Shown here: piece by piece, positions 1 to 10,167 of the stretch
How positions within the stretch are numbered: the stretch's first letter is position 1
How the letters are laid out: every line of letters begins with the position of its first letter
Notes under the pieces: generated by a model
What the model was told of the DNA's origin: nothing
What the model saw: only the letters and a program-made list of their open reading frames with translations
Databases searched by the model: none
Program-made: the position numbers and the translations under genes
Assembly: GCA_934633695.1 (NCBI GenBank)
Contig: CAKTYT010000002.1
Span: 38,767-102,766 of the forward strand
Reading direction: 5' to 3'
DNA: 64,000 bases
Origin: an uncultured Clostridia bacterium
Lineage (GTDB): Bacteria > Bacillota > Clostridia > Christensenellales > CAG-138

Positions 1-247
1 TATCTGTATCTTTATGTTTAGTATTTCTTTTTTCAAACGGGAAATCCGTTTTCCGCAAAGTCTTCGTTCTGCGGAAGATCCATCGGCAAAGTCCGATTTG
101 AATATGCTAAGGGAATGGATTCAGCCGTTCCGGGAACCGCATAGGATGACCCTGCGGAACGGGGAAATCCGTTCCCTCGCAGATTCTCACTCGGCAACGA
201 ATTATGTTTCGAAGTGTTTCAGACGGACAATGCCCGGCAAATTCATG

Positions 248-276
248 AAAAGAAAGGCGGGTAACTCCACCCCGCC
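248..276 (-). terminator. Rho-independent terminator after rpsO
   Basis: On the minus strand, a GGCGGG / 9-nt loop / CCCGCC stem-loop (271-276 pairs with 256-261) is followed by TTTCTTTT (rc of 248-255). It lies about 15 nt after the rpsO stop. Confidence 0.7.
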
Positions 277-292
277 CTTCAATCACTGTTAA

Positions 293-556
293 TTACTTCC
301 TGATGCCCAGAGCTGCAATAATAGCCCTGTAACGTTCAATGTCAACTTCCTTGAGGTAGTTGAGAAGACCGCGACGCTTACCGACCATCTTCAACAGACC
401 GCGGCGGGAATGGTTATCCTTCTGATGGGTCTTGAGATGCTCAGTGAGATGATTGATACGCTCAGACAGCAGAGCAATCTGAACTTCGGGGGAACCGGTA
501 TCGCCCTCGTGGAGAGCGTACTTAGCGATGATTTCATTCTTGCGTTCTTTTTCCAT
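293..556 (-). CDS. rpsO: 30S ribosomal protein S15
   Basis: The 87-aa product [13 protein letters not shown]...[29 protein letters not shown] is textbook S15. The ATG at 554-556 has AAGGAGG 9 nt upstream. The longer ORF-track start at 619 has no RBS. Confidence 0.95.
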   Translation of the reverse strand: MEKERKNEIIAKYALHEGDTGSPEVQIALLSERINHLTEHLKTHQKDNHSRRGLLKMVGKRRGLLNYLKEVDIERYRAIIAALGIRK

Positions 557-938
557 AACAAAGAACCTCCTTAAAAAAAGTATCCCTGCGAGCTGCGTAA
601 CGCGTCGGAGTTTCGCCAAACGAAGCCGGCAGATCGTATGCCTCTACGCACACGAGCCTATTGTAACACAATACTATGCGTTTGTAAAGTCCTGAATCAT
701 TATATCCAAAATTTTTGTTTAGCTCGAGGGGACGCATGCTTCTTCAGACAAAAAATGGCTGTTCCGCTCCCTTGCTCCCTTCTTTTCCAAACATATCAAA
801 GTGTGTACTTGATTTTCGGCTGTAAGAATGCTATACTGGACATGTGTCCTGGGAGAATCGCCCTATCGGGCGGTCTGTCACCGTTTAAAAGCCTACCGGG
901 CACGTTTATCGTTTAAAGTAATGAAGGAGGAAGTTTTT

Positions 939-1628
939 ATGCCTAAATTCATATCAATAGAAGAAGCTGTCAAGCTCATTCCCGATGGTGCAACCGTTAT
1001 GTTCGGCGGTTTCATGGGCTGCGGCAACGCTCACAGGTTCATCGATGCCCTTTCAAAGAGCGGCGTCAAGGATTTGACCATGATCGGCAATGACGGCGTT
1101 TGCCCCGGCGGTCCGATGGGCGAGAATTACTACGGTGTTGCAAAGCTCATTCACAACAGGCAGGTCAAGAGGCTTATTGCATCGCACGTCGGCCTTAACC
1201 CCGAAGTCGCTGCTCAGTCCATGCAGGAGGGTACTCTTGAGGTGACTCTCGTTCCCCAGGGTTCGCTTGCAGAAATGATTCGTGCGGGCGGTGCAGGACT
1301 TGGCGGTGTTCTCACCCCGACAGGCGTCGGCACTATAATCGAAGACAGTCCGTTCTGCCTCGGCAAACAGACTATAAATGGCAAGGATTACCTGCTCATG
1401 GCTCCCCTCCGTGCGGATTTTGCCGTGCTCGGCGGTGCAAAGATCGATAAGGCAGGCAATGTCTGGTACAAGGGCACTTCCAGCAACTTCAACATTGTCA
1501 TGGCAACCGCTGCCGACACTGTCATTGCTGAAGGCGAAGAGATCGTTGAGATTGGCGAGATCAAACCTGAAGACGTCCGTACCTCCGGTATCCTTGTTGA
1601 CTATGTTGTTGAAGGAGGAAAATATTAA
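939..1628 (+). CDS. Family I CoA-transferase, subunit A (AtoD/CtfA/ScoA type)
   Basis: The product starts MPKFISIEEAVKLIPDGATVMFGGFMGCG..., typical of the alpha subunit. The ATG at 939 is preceded by GAAGGAGG. The ORF-track start at 828 is an upstream extension. Confidence 0.85.
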   Translation: MPKFISIEEAVKLIPDGATVMFGGFMGCGNAHRFIDALSKSGVKDLTMIGNDGVCPGGPMGENYYGVAKLIHNRQVKRLIASHVGLNPEVAAQSMQEGTLEVTLVPQGSLAEMIRAGGAGLGGVLTPTGVGTIIEDSPFCLGKQTINGKDYLLMAPLRADFAVLGGAKIDKAGNVWYKGTSSNFNIVMATAADTVIAEGEEIVEIGEIKPEDVRTSGILVDYVVEGGKY

Positions 1629-2284
1629 TGGATAAGGCTCAGATCAAGGCTTACATCGCAGCTCGTGTTGCAAAAGAGCTTAAGGACGGAGACGTTGTCA
1701 ACCTCGGCATCGGTCTTCCCACACTCGTTCCCCAATTCCTTCCCGATGACGTCCACGTTATTCTTCAGAGCGAAAACGGCATTATCGGAACGGGCACTCT
1801 CACTGATGAAAACCGCGACCCCATTCACGTTGTTGATGCAGGCGGAAGCCCCGCAGCAATCGCACCGGGCGGTGCATTTATCGACAGTGCGACTTCTTTC
1901 GGTCTCATAAGGGGCGGTCATGTTGATGCAACTATCCTCGGCGGTCTCGAGGTCGATGAAGAGGGTTCTCTTGCAAACTGGATCATTCCCGGCAAAAAAA
2001 TGCCCGGCATGGGCGGTGCAATGGATCTTCTCGTCGGTGCGAAGAATGTCATTGTCGCAATGGAGCACACTGCGAAGGGCAATCCCAAGATCCTCAAAAA
2101 GTGCAAACTGCCTTATACCGCTGTTAAGTGCGTGACCAAGATCATCACTGAAATGGGTGTTATGGTCGTTACTGATAAGGGTCTTGAGCTTACCGAGTAC
2201 AACCCCGAATTCACCGTTGAGCAGATTCAGGCTGCAACTGAAGCAACGCTCATAATTTCGCCCGACCTTAAGCCCATGGCATAA
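1628..2284 (+). CDS. Family I CoA-transferase, subunit B (AtoA/CtfB/ScoB type)
   Basis: The product carries the SENG active-site motif (LQSENGIIGTG). Its start overlaps the subunit A stop (TAATG), which suggests translational coupling. Confidence 0.85.
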   Translation: MDKAQIKAYIAARVAKELKDGDVVNLGIGLPTLVPQFLPDDVHVILQSENGIIGTGTLTDENRDPIHVVDAGGSPAAIAPGGAFIDSATSFGLIRGGHVDATILGGLEVDEEGSLANWIIPGKKMPGMGGAMDLLVGAKNVIVAMEHTAKGNPKILKKCKLPYTAVKCVTKIITEMGVMVVTDKGLELTEYNPEFTVEQIQAATEATLIISPDLKPMA

Positions 2285-2324
2285 GATCTTGCAGAAGCAA
2301 AAGGTCGATTACAATTAACACAAA

Positions 2325-2362
2325 ACGGTACGCCCGGAACTCTCCCGAGTGTACCGTTTTTG
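2325..2362 (+). terminator. Rho-independent terminator of the CoA-transferase operon
   Basis: The stem ACGGTAC (2325-2331) / GTACCGT (2351-2357) has an inner CGGGA/TCCCG pairing and is followed by a T-run. Confidence 0.75.
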
Positions 2363-2726
2363 ATTATCGAGCTTCAATTCCCGTCGATGAATGCATGCGT
2401 TGAACCCGGTTTCAATGTAAATCCGGGCAGATTATATTTCCTCATTACATGGTGCAGATGCAACGAACAGCCTCGGCACATTGTTCTCAGCATATCGTTG
2501 TTATGACACATGCAAAATGCCCGAGCCGCTTTCGTGACCCGGATGTCAGATTGGAGATACTTTGCGTGGTACAATCGTGAAGGTGCGGAACTGTTCTTTT
2601 GTTTGGAAGCTTAACTATACAACTTTCATCGCCATGTTTCAAGAATCGTGGACAAATTACTTTCTCGGTGTTATACTTCTCACATCTTCTTCAAAATTCG
2701 GAGAAAAATATTCATCGGAGGCCCCT

Positions 2727-3065
2727 ATGTCCACTTCAAAGGAATACTTAAACTTCATACTGGAACAGCTATCCTGTCTGCCCGACATCACATACCGGCA
2801 GATGATGGGCGAGTACATTGTCTACAACGGTGGAAGAATTGCCGCATATATCTGCGATGATAGGCTGCTAGTAAAGCCTGTTCCCGCAGCATATTCACTC
2901 ATGCCGAACGCTCCCGAGGAACCGCCTTATCCAGGTGCAAAGCCCATGCTGCTTGTTGAAAATGTCGATGACAGGGTATTTATGGAAGAGCTTTTCACGG
3001 CCATTTTTCCCGAGCTGCCCCTGCCAAAGCCAAAAAAGCCCCGTACTAAGAAAACGGAAGACTAA
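2727..3065 (+). CDS. TfoX N-terminal domain family protein
   Basis: The product MSTSKEYLNFILEQL...YRQMMGEYIVYNGGRIAAYICDDRLLVKP matches the TfoX_N pattern. The ATG at 2727 has GGAGG 5 nt upstream. The ORF-track start at 2562 is unsupported. Confidence 0.6.
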   Translation: MSTSKEYLNFILEQLSCLPDITYRQMMGEYIVYNGGRIAAYICDDRLLVKPVPAAYSLMPNAPEEPPYPGAKPMLLVENVDDRVFMEELFTAIFPELPLPKPKKPRTKKTED

Positions 3066-3182
3066 CCGCCATACACCCAAAAATGACCGTTGTTTCCCGT
3101 TCTCATCGTGCTAAAATTTCTTCATGGTCTGTTGAGTCATTGCATCTTCTCAGCAGTGCATGTAAAAATCCGGAGGTAAATT

Positions 3183-4564
3183 ATGAAACCGAATTCAGCT
3201 GACAGAGCCTTCCTCGGAACCGAACCCATCGGTAAGCTGCTTTTTAATCTCGCCATTCCAACTGTTGTCGCTCAAATCGTCAATATGCTTTACAATGTGG
3301 TCGACAGAATCTATATCGGTCACATGCCCGGTACGGGGAACCTCGCCCTTACGGGCGTCGGCGTATGCCTCCCGATAATACTGATCGTTTCGGCATTCTC
3401 GGCTTTTGTCAGCTCGGGCGGAGCTCCCCGTGCTTCCATTTTCATGGGCAAGGGGGACACTGATTCCGCCGAAAAAACGCTTGGCGGCTGTGTGACATTT
3501 CAGATTATTGTCTCCGTTGTTTTGACAGTCGTGCTGCTTATCTTCGGTGACAAGCTGCTTCCGTTATTCGGGGCAAGCGAAAACACCATTGGCTATGCCT
3601 CGGATTACCTCGGGATCTATGCCATAGGCACGATTTTTGTTCAGCTCACGCTGGGTCTTAATGCATTCATAACCGCTCAGGGCTTTGCCCTCACCGGAAT
3701 GTTGACCGTCCTTATAGGAGCAGAAACATTGCCCTTGACCCACTTTTTATATACTGTTTTAAAATGGGGGTACGCGGAGCAGCACTCGCAACTGTTATTT
3801 CGCAGGGAATATCGTGCATATGGGCACTCCGGTTCATCACGGGCAGGAAAACTGCAATCCGATTAAAACGAGAAAATTTATCCGCCGGACTGAAATTTCT
3901 CCCTCCCTGCCTTTCGTTAGGCCTTGCAAGCTTCATGATGCAGGCGAGCGAGAGCGTCATTTCCCTCTGTTTCAACTCGTCGCTGCTCAAATACGGCGGT
4001 GATATTGCAGTCGGAGCGATGACAATTCTTTCAAGCGTCATGCAGTTTGCAATGATGCCCCTGCAAGGCGTTGCTCAAGGTGCCCAGCCCATAACAAGCT
4101 ACAACTTCGGAGCGGGAAATGTCAAGCGTGTGAAACAGAGCTTTAAATATCTCTTGACAGTCTGCGTTACCTATTCACTGCTCCTATGGGGTGCCATTAT
4201 GCTGTTCCCGGAGCTGTTTGCAAAGATGTTCTGTCCGAATGCAGGGCTCATTGAATTTGCGGCAAAGTCACTCCGCATCTACTGCGGCGTTCTGTTCCTG
4301 TTCGGCATACAGATCGCATGCCAGATGACGTTCATTTCCATCGGAAATGCTCTATGGTCCATAATCGTTGCCGTACTGCGTAAATTTGTCCTGCTGATAC
4401 CGCTGATTTATATTCTCCCGTCATTCCTGTCCGACAAGACCACGGCAGTGTACATGGCAGAACCCGTTGCGGATGCCATTGCGGTCACCTGCACGGCAAT
4501 AATCTTTTTCATACAATTCCGAAAGTCTCTGAGAACACCGGATAGTTCACAAAAGCTCAAGTAA
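3183..4564 (+). pseudogene. MATE family efflux transporter, frameshifted (or assembly error)
   Basis: ORFs 3183..3866 and 3764..4564 are the N- and C-halves of one MATE protein. Frame 0 reads ...TVLIGA up to 3722. The continuation NIALDPLFIYCFKMGVRGAALATVISQ is open in the other frame from 3725. One nt is missing at the A-run 3724-3726. Confidence 0.8.
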
Positions 4565-4604
4565 ACAAAATGCCCGCCTCCTGCACACGGAAGCGGGTTT
4601 TTGT

Positions 4605-5525
4605 TCAAACCTTATCTTGCATTTTTTTGACGGCACGGAGCTCAATATATCCCCTTTCGCCCCTGGGCTCAAGCTGGGTCCTCGGATTTTCGTCGTCCCA
4701 TTCGTAACCTATGATGTTGGGATCGTATTTGTTCATGGAACGCTGCACGGCGGTAATCGCCTCACAGTAATTCTCCTCTTCAAACGGTTCACCCTGGAAC
4801 ATCAGGTACTCCGCTTCGGGGAGTTCCACAACATCGAAACCCTCGGGGACGGTGACAGAGTCACTCAGCCCCACTTCAACACCCTGAACATAGGTTGAAG
4901 TGCCTGTTTTTTTGTATTTTTCAGGGAGCCAGAGACAAACAGGCTCGCCGCAGAGCGAATCCATGCTCATTAACGTGCCCCAGATATCACAACCGACTTC
5001 TTCACAATAGGGAAAATAATTGTCGGCTGAAATGCCCCTCTTAATAATGACCTTTCTTGCAGGCTTACGAATCACTTGAACAAAAATGTTTTTGACGTTT
5101 TCCATGTCGAGATTTTCCTTTCTCAATTCTCTGAATTTTACGCCATATGGGATGAACAATGGAATCGGAACCGGAGAATGGACATAGTCGCTCGGATTAC
5201 ACCCAAATTCTCTGAAAAAAGCTCGCGTATACCCGTCCGCACTGCCGAAGCCCATATCGAATGCAGCATCAATTATCCTGCATTCTCTATTCTTGAGCCT
5301 CATCGCAGAGCGTGAAAGCCGAAGCTTTCTCACATACGCAGCAGGTGTTGACAGCGTATATTTCTTGAACAATCTGTATGAATGCCACGGTGAAAACAGC
5401 GATGCTCCCGCAAGATCACTCAGCGTTATTTCCTTCTCAAGATTCCGCTCAATATAATCCTGCATACGCTGAACTGCCAAAACCTGCTCTGCCGAAGCTG
5501 CTGCCTTTTTTCCGTCTTCCATCAT
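4605..5525 (-). CDS. AraC family transcriptional regulator with probable GyrI-like effector-binding C-terminal domain
   Basis: The N-terminal AraC HTH reads LSDLAGASLFSPWHSYRLFKKY...DAAFDMGFGSADGYTRAFFREFG. The C-terminal ~160 aa resemble an AraC_E_bind/GyrI-like fold. GGGGGTGAG precedes the ATGATG start. Confidence 0.8.
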   Translation of the reverse strand: MMEDGKKAAASAEQVLAVQRMQDYIERNLEKEITLSDLAGASLFSPWHSYRLFKKYTLSTPAAYVRKLRLSRSAMRLKNRECRIIDAAFDMGFGSADGYTRAFFREFGCNPSDYVHSPVPIPLFIPYGVKFRELRKENLDMENVKNIFVQVIRKPARKVIIKRGISADNYFPYCEEVGCDIWGTLMSMDSLCGEPVCLWLPEKYKKTGTSTYVQGVEVGLSDSVTVPEGFDVVELPEAEYLMFQGEPFEEENYCEAITAVQRSMNKYDPNIIGYEWDDENPRTQLEPRGERGYIELRAVKKMQDKV

Positions 5526-5617
5526 CTCACCCCCTGACACGCATATTCTACCTTAGCTCCGAAAATCTTTCTCGACTTTTCTTGCCGTCAGAATCAAAGT
5601 GATCAAAGTGATTAAAA

Positions 5618-7216
5618 TCAAAGTGATTTAAAGATTTCCGTCCCTTTCCTACTGATCCAACCGTACAGCAAGTATGAAATCCCGATTGTAAGTGCGATAA
5701 CGACAAGGAGATACGGCATAACGGTGATCGTATTTCTGAGCAGATAACAGCCGAGACCAAGCAGAACAGCATATACACTGCCGAGAAGCATTGCAAGCAG
5801 CACTCCTGTATTCTGTTTAACTGCAACGATTTCGCTCGTCCAGCTGAGGTTCGGCATTTTTAGACCTATGAACATATCGAACAATGCAGACATGACCGTG
5901 AATGCAAGCACGGCTGCACTTGCGGCGACAGCCGTCAAAATATTTTGCCTGAACGTGATAATCATACAGACTGAGCAGAACAGGGCTGAAATGCCGTTGA
6001 CAAGCACTGCAACAAGTACTTTTGCCTTGAGGACCTGCATGGGTGCTATCGGCAGAGCATGGGAAAGCCATATCGTCTTTCCTTCAAGTGAGACTGAGGG
6101 AACGGCAATTGCATTCATCCCGATTATCGCACACATTACCGCTCCGATGAACACCGGACCGTATGCTGCAATCGGCTTGAACGCAGACTGCATGAAGTCG
6201 GTTATATTTCTGCTCTCGACAAGGAGCAATATGCCGATTGCAATTAGGAAGATGACGCCAAAGCCGCAATTCAGCATGTAACTCGGGCTTGAGGTGAACC
6301 TTTTGAATTCCTTTTTCAATATTGCCTTTGAAATACTCGACTGCACGGAAGCAGTGTACTTGTACTTCGCCCTTGAAGCGACACCGCTAGATGTCGCAAT
6401 TTTGATAAAGCTCTTTGAAAGTATGCACCACGTCAGAGCAAAAAGCAATGCCGTGATCGCAGTACCGCATATTATCGGAAGCCAGCGGCCCTCACCCATG
6501 CCTCCGAAGAAGTAAAGTATGCGTGCGGAATTCATGACCTCCTTACCGATCGAATCAATGTTAAGCAAAAAGTTACTCAACAGTTCCTGTATTTTGAAGT
6601 TGATAAAGTAGTAGAGAGCCATGAAGCCAACGGCTGCAATGACCGTTATGAAGCTTTTGTTTCTGAGCTTAAGGCTGATTTTTGCAACGACCCAACCCAA
6701 TGCACAGGAAATCACGAGCACGATTACGGAAATTACCGCAATAAGCAAAATCGAACCTATAACTGCGGACACGCTCACCGGCACGACCAGCCAATAAACT
6801 ATAACGGCAGGAATTATCACGGTGCCCGAATACATAAGCCCCATCAGGTAAACCGAAAGGAGCCTTGAGGCAATAATGTACTTCACCGGAATCGGCATTG
6901 ACAGGAGCATGTCGTTATCTTTTGAAAGATACAGTCCGGAAAAAGTGTTAAACACGCTGCCGAATGCACCGAGCAGTATCGCAAGCAGTCCCATCATGGC
7001 AAAGTACATCCACGCCATGCCTGCCTCTGCCATGGGTCCACACATCTGTAAGGAAAGAAATGCAAACATTCCGCCGAGCAGGCCAACCATTATGGCGATA
7101 TATACCAGAATAAATCCTATGGTCGCTCCTTTTGAACGCTTTTGATTTTTCTTTGCGTCGTAAAAATAGCTCCGAAAAATCTCCATCATCTGTTTTTTAA
7201 CGAGAGTTTTGAGCAT
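5618..7216 (-). CDS. Multi-pass ABC exporter permease
   Basis: The 532-aa product is highly hydrophobic with many predicted TM helices. The gene sits immediately downstream of, and overlaps, its ATPase gene. Confidence 0.75.
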   Translation of the reverse strand: MLKTLVKKQMMEIFRSYFYDAKKNQKRSKGATIGFILVYIAIMVGLLGGMFAFLSLQMCGPMAEAGMAWMYFAMMGLLAILLGAFGSVFNTFSGLYLSKDNDMLLSMPIPVKYIIASRLLSVYLMGLMYSGTVIIPAVIVYWLVVPVSVSAVIGSILLIAVISVIVLVISCALGWVVAKISLKLRNKSFITVIAAVGFMALYYFINFKIQELLSNFLLNIDSIGKEVMNSARILYFFGGMGEGRWLPIICGTAITALLFALTWCILSKSFIKIATSSGVASRAKYKYTASVQSSISKAILKKEFKRFTSSPSYMLNCGFGVIFLIAIGILLLVESRNITDFMQSAFKPIAAYGPVFIGAVMCAIIGMNAIAVPSVSLEGKTIWLSHALPIAPMQVLKAKVLVAVLVNGISALFCSVCMIITFRQNILTAVAASAAVLAFTVMSALFDMFIGLKMPNLSWTSEIVAVKQNTGVLLAMLLGSVYAVLLGLGCYLLRNTITVMPYLLVVIALTIGISYLLYGWISRKGTEIFKSL

Positions 7217-7923
7217 TACTCTGCCTCCAATTCGAGGAACACTTCTTCGAGGCTGTCATCACCCTTGACTTCCTCCATTGTTCCCGATTTAATGAGCTTT
7301 CCGTTCTTAATAATCGCAACCTTATCGCAGAGCTTTTCTGCAACCTCAAGCACATGCGTTGAGAAGAAAATCGCTCCGCCGCCGCTGCAAACATCTCTCA
7401 TCATCCCTTTGAGGATATGTGCGGCCTTTGGATCAAGCCCGACAAACGGCTCATCCATGATAATAAGATTCGGTTCATGTATCCACGCAGAAATTATCGT
7501 AATCTTCTGCTTCATTCCGTGCGAATATGCGGCGATCGGCTGACCGAGGTCATTTGTCAGTTCAAACAGATCGGCATATCTTTTTATCTTCTCGTCTCTG
7601 TCCGCTGCACTGATCCTGTATATATCGGCAATGAAGTTCAGAAACTTTATCCCCGTCATGTACTCGTAAAGATCGGGATTATCGGGTATGTAAGCAATGT
7701 TTTTTTTGCATTCAATTGGTTCCTTAACAATTGAGTGACCGCCAATGCTGATTTCACCCTCGTCAAACCCCAATATGCCGACGACTGACTTGAGCGTCGT
7801 TGTCTTTCCGGCACCGTTGTGACCGATAAAGCCGTAAATCTCGCCGGGAGCAATGTGGAGACTGAGGTCGTCAACCGCTTTCTTCTCCCCGAAGGTCTTT
7901 GTCAGATGCTGAATCTTTAACAT
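7216..7923 (-). CDS. ABC transporter ATP-binding protein
   Basis: Walker A is GHNGAGKTT, the signature is YSHGMKQK and Walker B is LIIMDEPFVGLD. AAGGAG precedes the ATG. Confidence 0.9.
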   Translation of the reverse strand: MLKIQHLTKTFGEKKAVDDLSLHIAPGEIYGFIGHNGAGKTTTLKSVVGILGFDEGEISIGGHSIVKEPIECKKNIAYIPDNPDLYEYMTGIKFLNFIADIYRISAADRDEKIKRYADLFELTNDLGQPIAAYSHGMKQKITIISAWIHEPNLIIMDEPFVGLDPKAAHILKGMMRDVCSGGGAIFFSTHVLEVAEKLCDKVAIIKNGKLIKSGTMEEVKGDDSLEEVFLELEAE

Positions 7924-7925
7924 AT

Positions 7926-8324
7926 TTACTCCTTTTCCCCGCCATCGTGCAGTTCAATGATAATAAAATTTATTTCGCCTCTTGCCCTTTCACCGGTTAT
8001 CAGAACAGTGTATTTACCGTCATAGGGTGCAGCAACGCTGAACTCGTCGCTTGTAAGACCGTTTCCGCTGTAAATCTCTTCGCCGTTCTCGTTACGTATC
8101 TTTAAGGTTATTGAACCTTTAACCGTGCTGATTTCGACCCTGAGCCACTCACCGCTTCTGAGCGTGAATTCGCATTCTTCGGTGCAGTTAAATACGGTGA
8201 AATCCATGTGGAACATTTTGTCATCTCCGTATTTATTGCCATTGAAACGACTGCCGCAGGCAATCGCCGTCATCATGACAATTATAGCACCAAATAATGT
8301 CAATTTCTTGAACAAATTATGCAT
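7926..8324 (-). CDS. Small putative lipoprotein of unknown function
   Basis: MHNLFKKLTLFGAIIVMMTAIAC-G is a signal peptide plus lipobox-like Cys. The gene is wedged between the two ABC modules. The ORF-track start at 8396 overlaps the upstream permease gene. Confidence 0.55.
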   Translation of the reverse strand: MHNLFKKLTLFGAIIVMMTAIACGSRFNGNKYGDDKMFHMDFTVFNCTEECEFTLRSGEWLRVEISTVKGSITLKIRNENGEEIYSGNGLTSDEFSVAAPYDGKYTVLITGERARGEINFIIIELHDGGEKE

Positions 8325-8326
8325 TT

Positions 8327-9226
8327 TCACCTTTTCCTCCCATTCAGTGTATTCAGAAGCACGTACAGGCCGACAAGCAGCACAATTGCACCGCAAAGTA
8401 TCACATACATAGCGGGAATGCTGACTTTGTTTCCGAAAAAGTAAACATTGCAGTCGATTGAATCCCTTATCGCAGTTATGACGTCATCCGGAAAGCCGAC
8501 ACGCTCCATCTCACGCAGCGTCCCTGCCATCGCATGATTCCTCATAAGGCTGGTTCCGTATGTTCCGGGCAGGAATGAAAGCACTGTCCGAAGTCCCGTT
8601 GAAAAGCTTGCAAGCGGCATGTACGCACCGCAGAAAAAACCGTAGCCTGAGCTGACAATTGTGCCGACAGCCGAGCTCTGCCCGGAAGTCTTGAGGGGAA
8701 AGTTTACGCAGCTTGAAAGTGCAACTCCGAAGAGCGTCAGCAGTGCAGCATCAAGCACCATCAACGCAGCATCACCTACTGTCATGTACCAGCCGACAGC
8801 ACCGAGATATGCAAAACAGCAGCCGAGAGCTGTAAAGCTGACTATGAGCGTTGCCGCAGCAGACGCAAGAAAATAGCTTATTGCAATTGTCGAACGCCTT
8901 ACGGGTGAAACCGTAATATCAGATATAGCTCCGCTCACCTTATCCTGAACCATGAGCAGATTTGAACAAAAGGCTACAGTGACGCATGAAACCGCCAGCA
9001 GTGATGAGACGAGCTGTCCTCCAACGGTCGCATTTATCAGAGTTTCATCTACCGCAAACCCGCTCGGAAGTGCAGAGACAAAGCTTGTCTTGTACACCTT
9101 TGCGAGAAATGCCGCATACAGTACAAGCAGGATTATCGGCGTGATAAGTGATGAGAAAAACATTCCTTTGTCTTTAAAAAACAGTTTGCAGTTGCGTCTT
9201 GTGAGATTCCATAATCCATCCATCAT
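8327..9226 (-). CDS. ABC-2 type transporter permease
   Basis: The 299-aa product is a 6-TM-type hydrophobic protein. Its start overlaps the upstream ATPase stop by 4 nt. Confidence 0.8.
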   Translation of the reverse strand: MMDGLWNLTRRNCKLFFKDKGMFFSSLITPIILLVLYAAFLAKVYKTSFVSALPSGFAVDETLINATVGGQLVSSLLAVSCVTVAFCSNLLMVQDKVSGAISDITVSPVRRSTIAISYFLASAAATLIVSFTALGCCFAYLGAVGWYMTVGDAALMVLDAALLTLFGVALSSCVNFPLKTSGQSSAVGTIVSSGYGFFCGAYMPLASFSTGLRTVLSFLPGTYGTSLMRNHAMAGTLREMERVGFPDDVITAIRDSIDCNVYFFGNKVSIPAMYVILCGAIVLLVGLYVLLNTLNGRKR

Positions 9227-10167
9227 TTTACTCTTCCCCTCTTTCCCTCTGCCGTTCTTTCTGTTTCATCTCGAAGTGCCTTGCCCGTGACATTCAGAAA
9301 AACATCGTCCATTTTGCCTTTCGTTATCTCATAATCACGGAAGATCCCGGGTTTTTTGACTATGAGCTTTGTTGCCGTCAAAGTGTCGGGAACACTCAGC
9401 CTTACAGCATCGCGTATTTTTTCATAGGGCATACCTATTGACTGGGCTTCCTCGTCCGTAACTCCATAGAGCGTGACAAAATCCCCTGTGTATTTGTTCT
9501 TGAGTTCGAGGGGCGTGCCCTCGGCGGCAATTTTGCCGGCATCGATTATGACGACATAATCCGCATCGGCAGCCTCCTCCATGTAGTGCGTCGTCAAAAA
9601 TACTGTCATGCCATTTTCTTTGCGAAGCTTTTCAACAACGCTCCACAGCAGCTTTCTCGTCTGCGGATCAAGCCCTGTCGTCGGCTCATCAAGAACGAGT
9701 ATTTTCGGTTCATGGATAATGGCTCGTGCAACATCGATCCTCCTCCTCTGTCCGCCTGACAATTTTCCGACCGTCCTGCCAATCAAATCGGTAAAATCCA
9801 GCAGTTTGGCGAGTTCGTTCAACCGCTTTTCGAAGCTTTCACCCCTTATTCCGTAAAGAGCTGCACGGCTCCTGAGGTTGTCGCGAACAGTCAGCGGAAA
9901 ATCGAGCCTTGAATCCTGAAAAACGACGCCAAGACCTCGGCTGATGTTTTCCATACCATTTTCAATGTTCTCACCGGCAATGGTGACGCTTCCGCTGTCC
10001 TTTTTGAGCTGACCGCATAAAATTGATATTGTCGTAGATTTTCCCGCTCCGTTCACACCCAGAAACGCAAACATTTCTCCTTTTCTTACTGCGAACGAAA
10101 GATCCTGAACCGCTTTAATTTCGCCGAACGTCTTATAAAGGTTCTTGATCTCAATGATCTTCTCCAT
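9223..10167 (-). CDS. ABC transporter ATP-binding protein (DrrA-like)
   Basis: Walker A is GVNGAGKST, the signature is LSGGQRRR and Walker B is ILVLDEPTTGLD. The ATG at 10165-10167 follows AAAGGAGG. The ORF-track start is a TTG 6 nt upstream. Confidence 0.9.
   Translation of the reverse strand: MEKIIEIKNLYKTFGEIKAVQDLSFAVRKGEMFAFLGVNGAGKSTTISILCGQLKKDSGSVTIAGENIENGMENISRGLGVVFQDSRLDFPLTVRDNLRSRAALYGIRGESFEKRLNELAKLLDFTDLIGRTVGKLSGGQRRRIDVARAIIHEPKILVLDEPTTGLDPQTRKLLWSVVEKLRKENGMTVFLTTHYMEEAADADYVVIIDAGKIAAEGTPLELKNKYTGDFVTLYGVTDEEAQSIGMPYEKIRDAVRLSVPDTLTATKLIVKKPGIFRDYEITKGKMDDVFLNVTGKALRDETERTAEGKRGRVK

Noticed and set aside
14-292. 92-aa plus-strand ORF at the window start
   Set aside because: It lies in a hairpin-dense non-coding region downstream of rpsO. 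It has no RBS and an odd composition.
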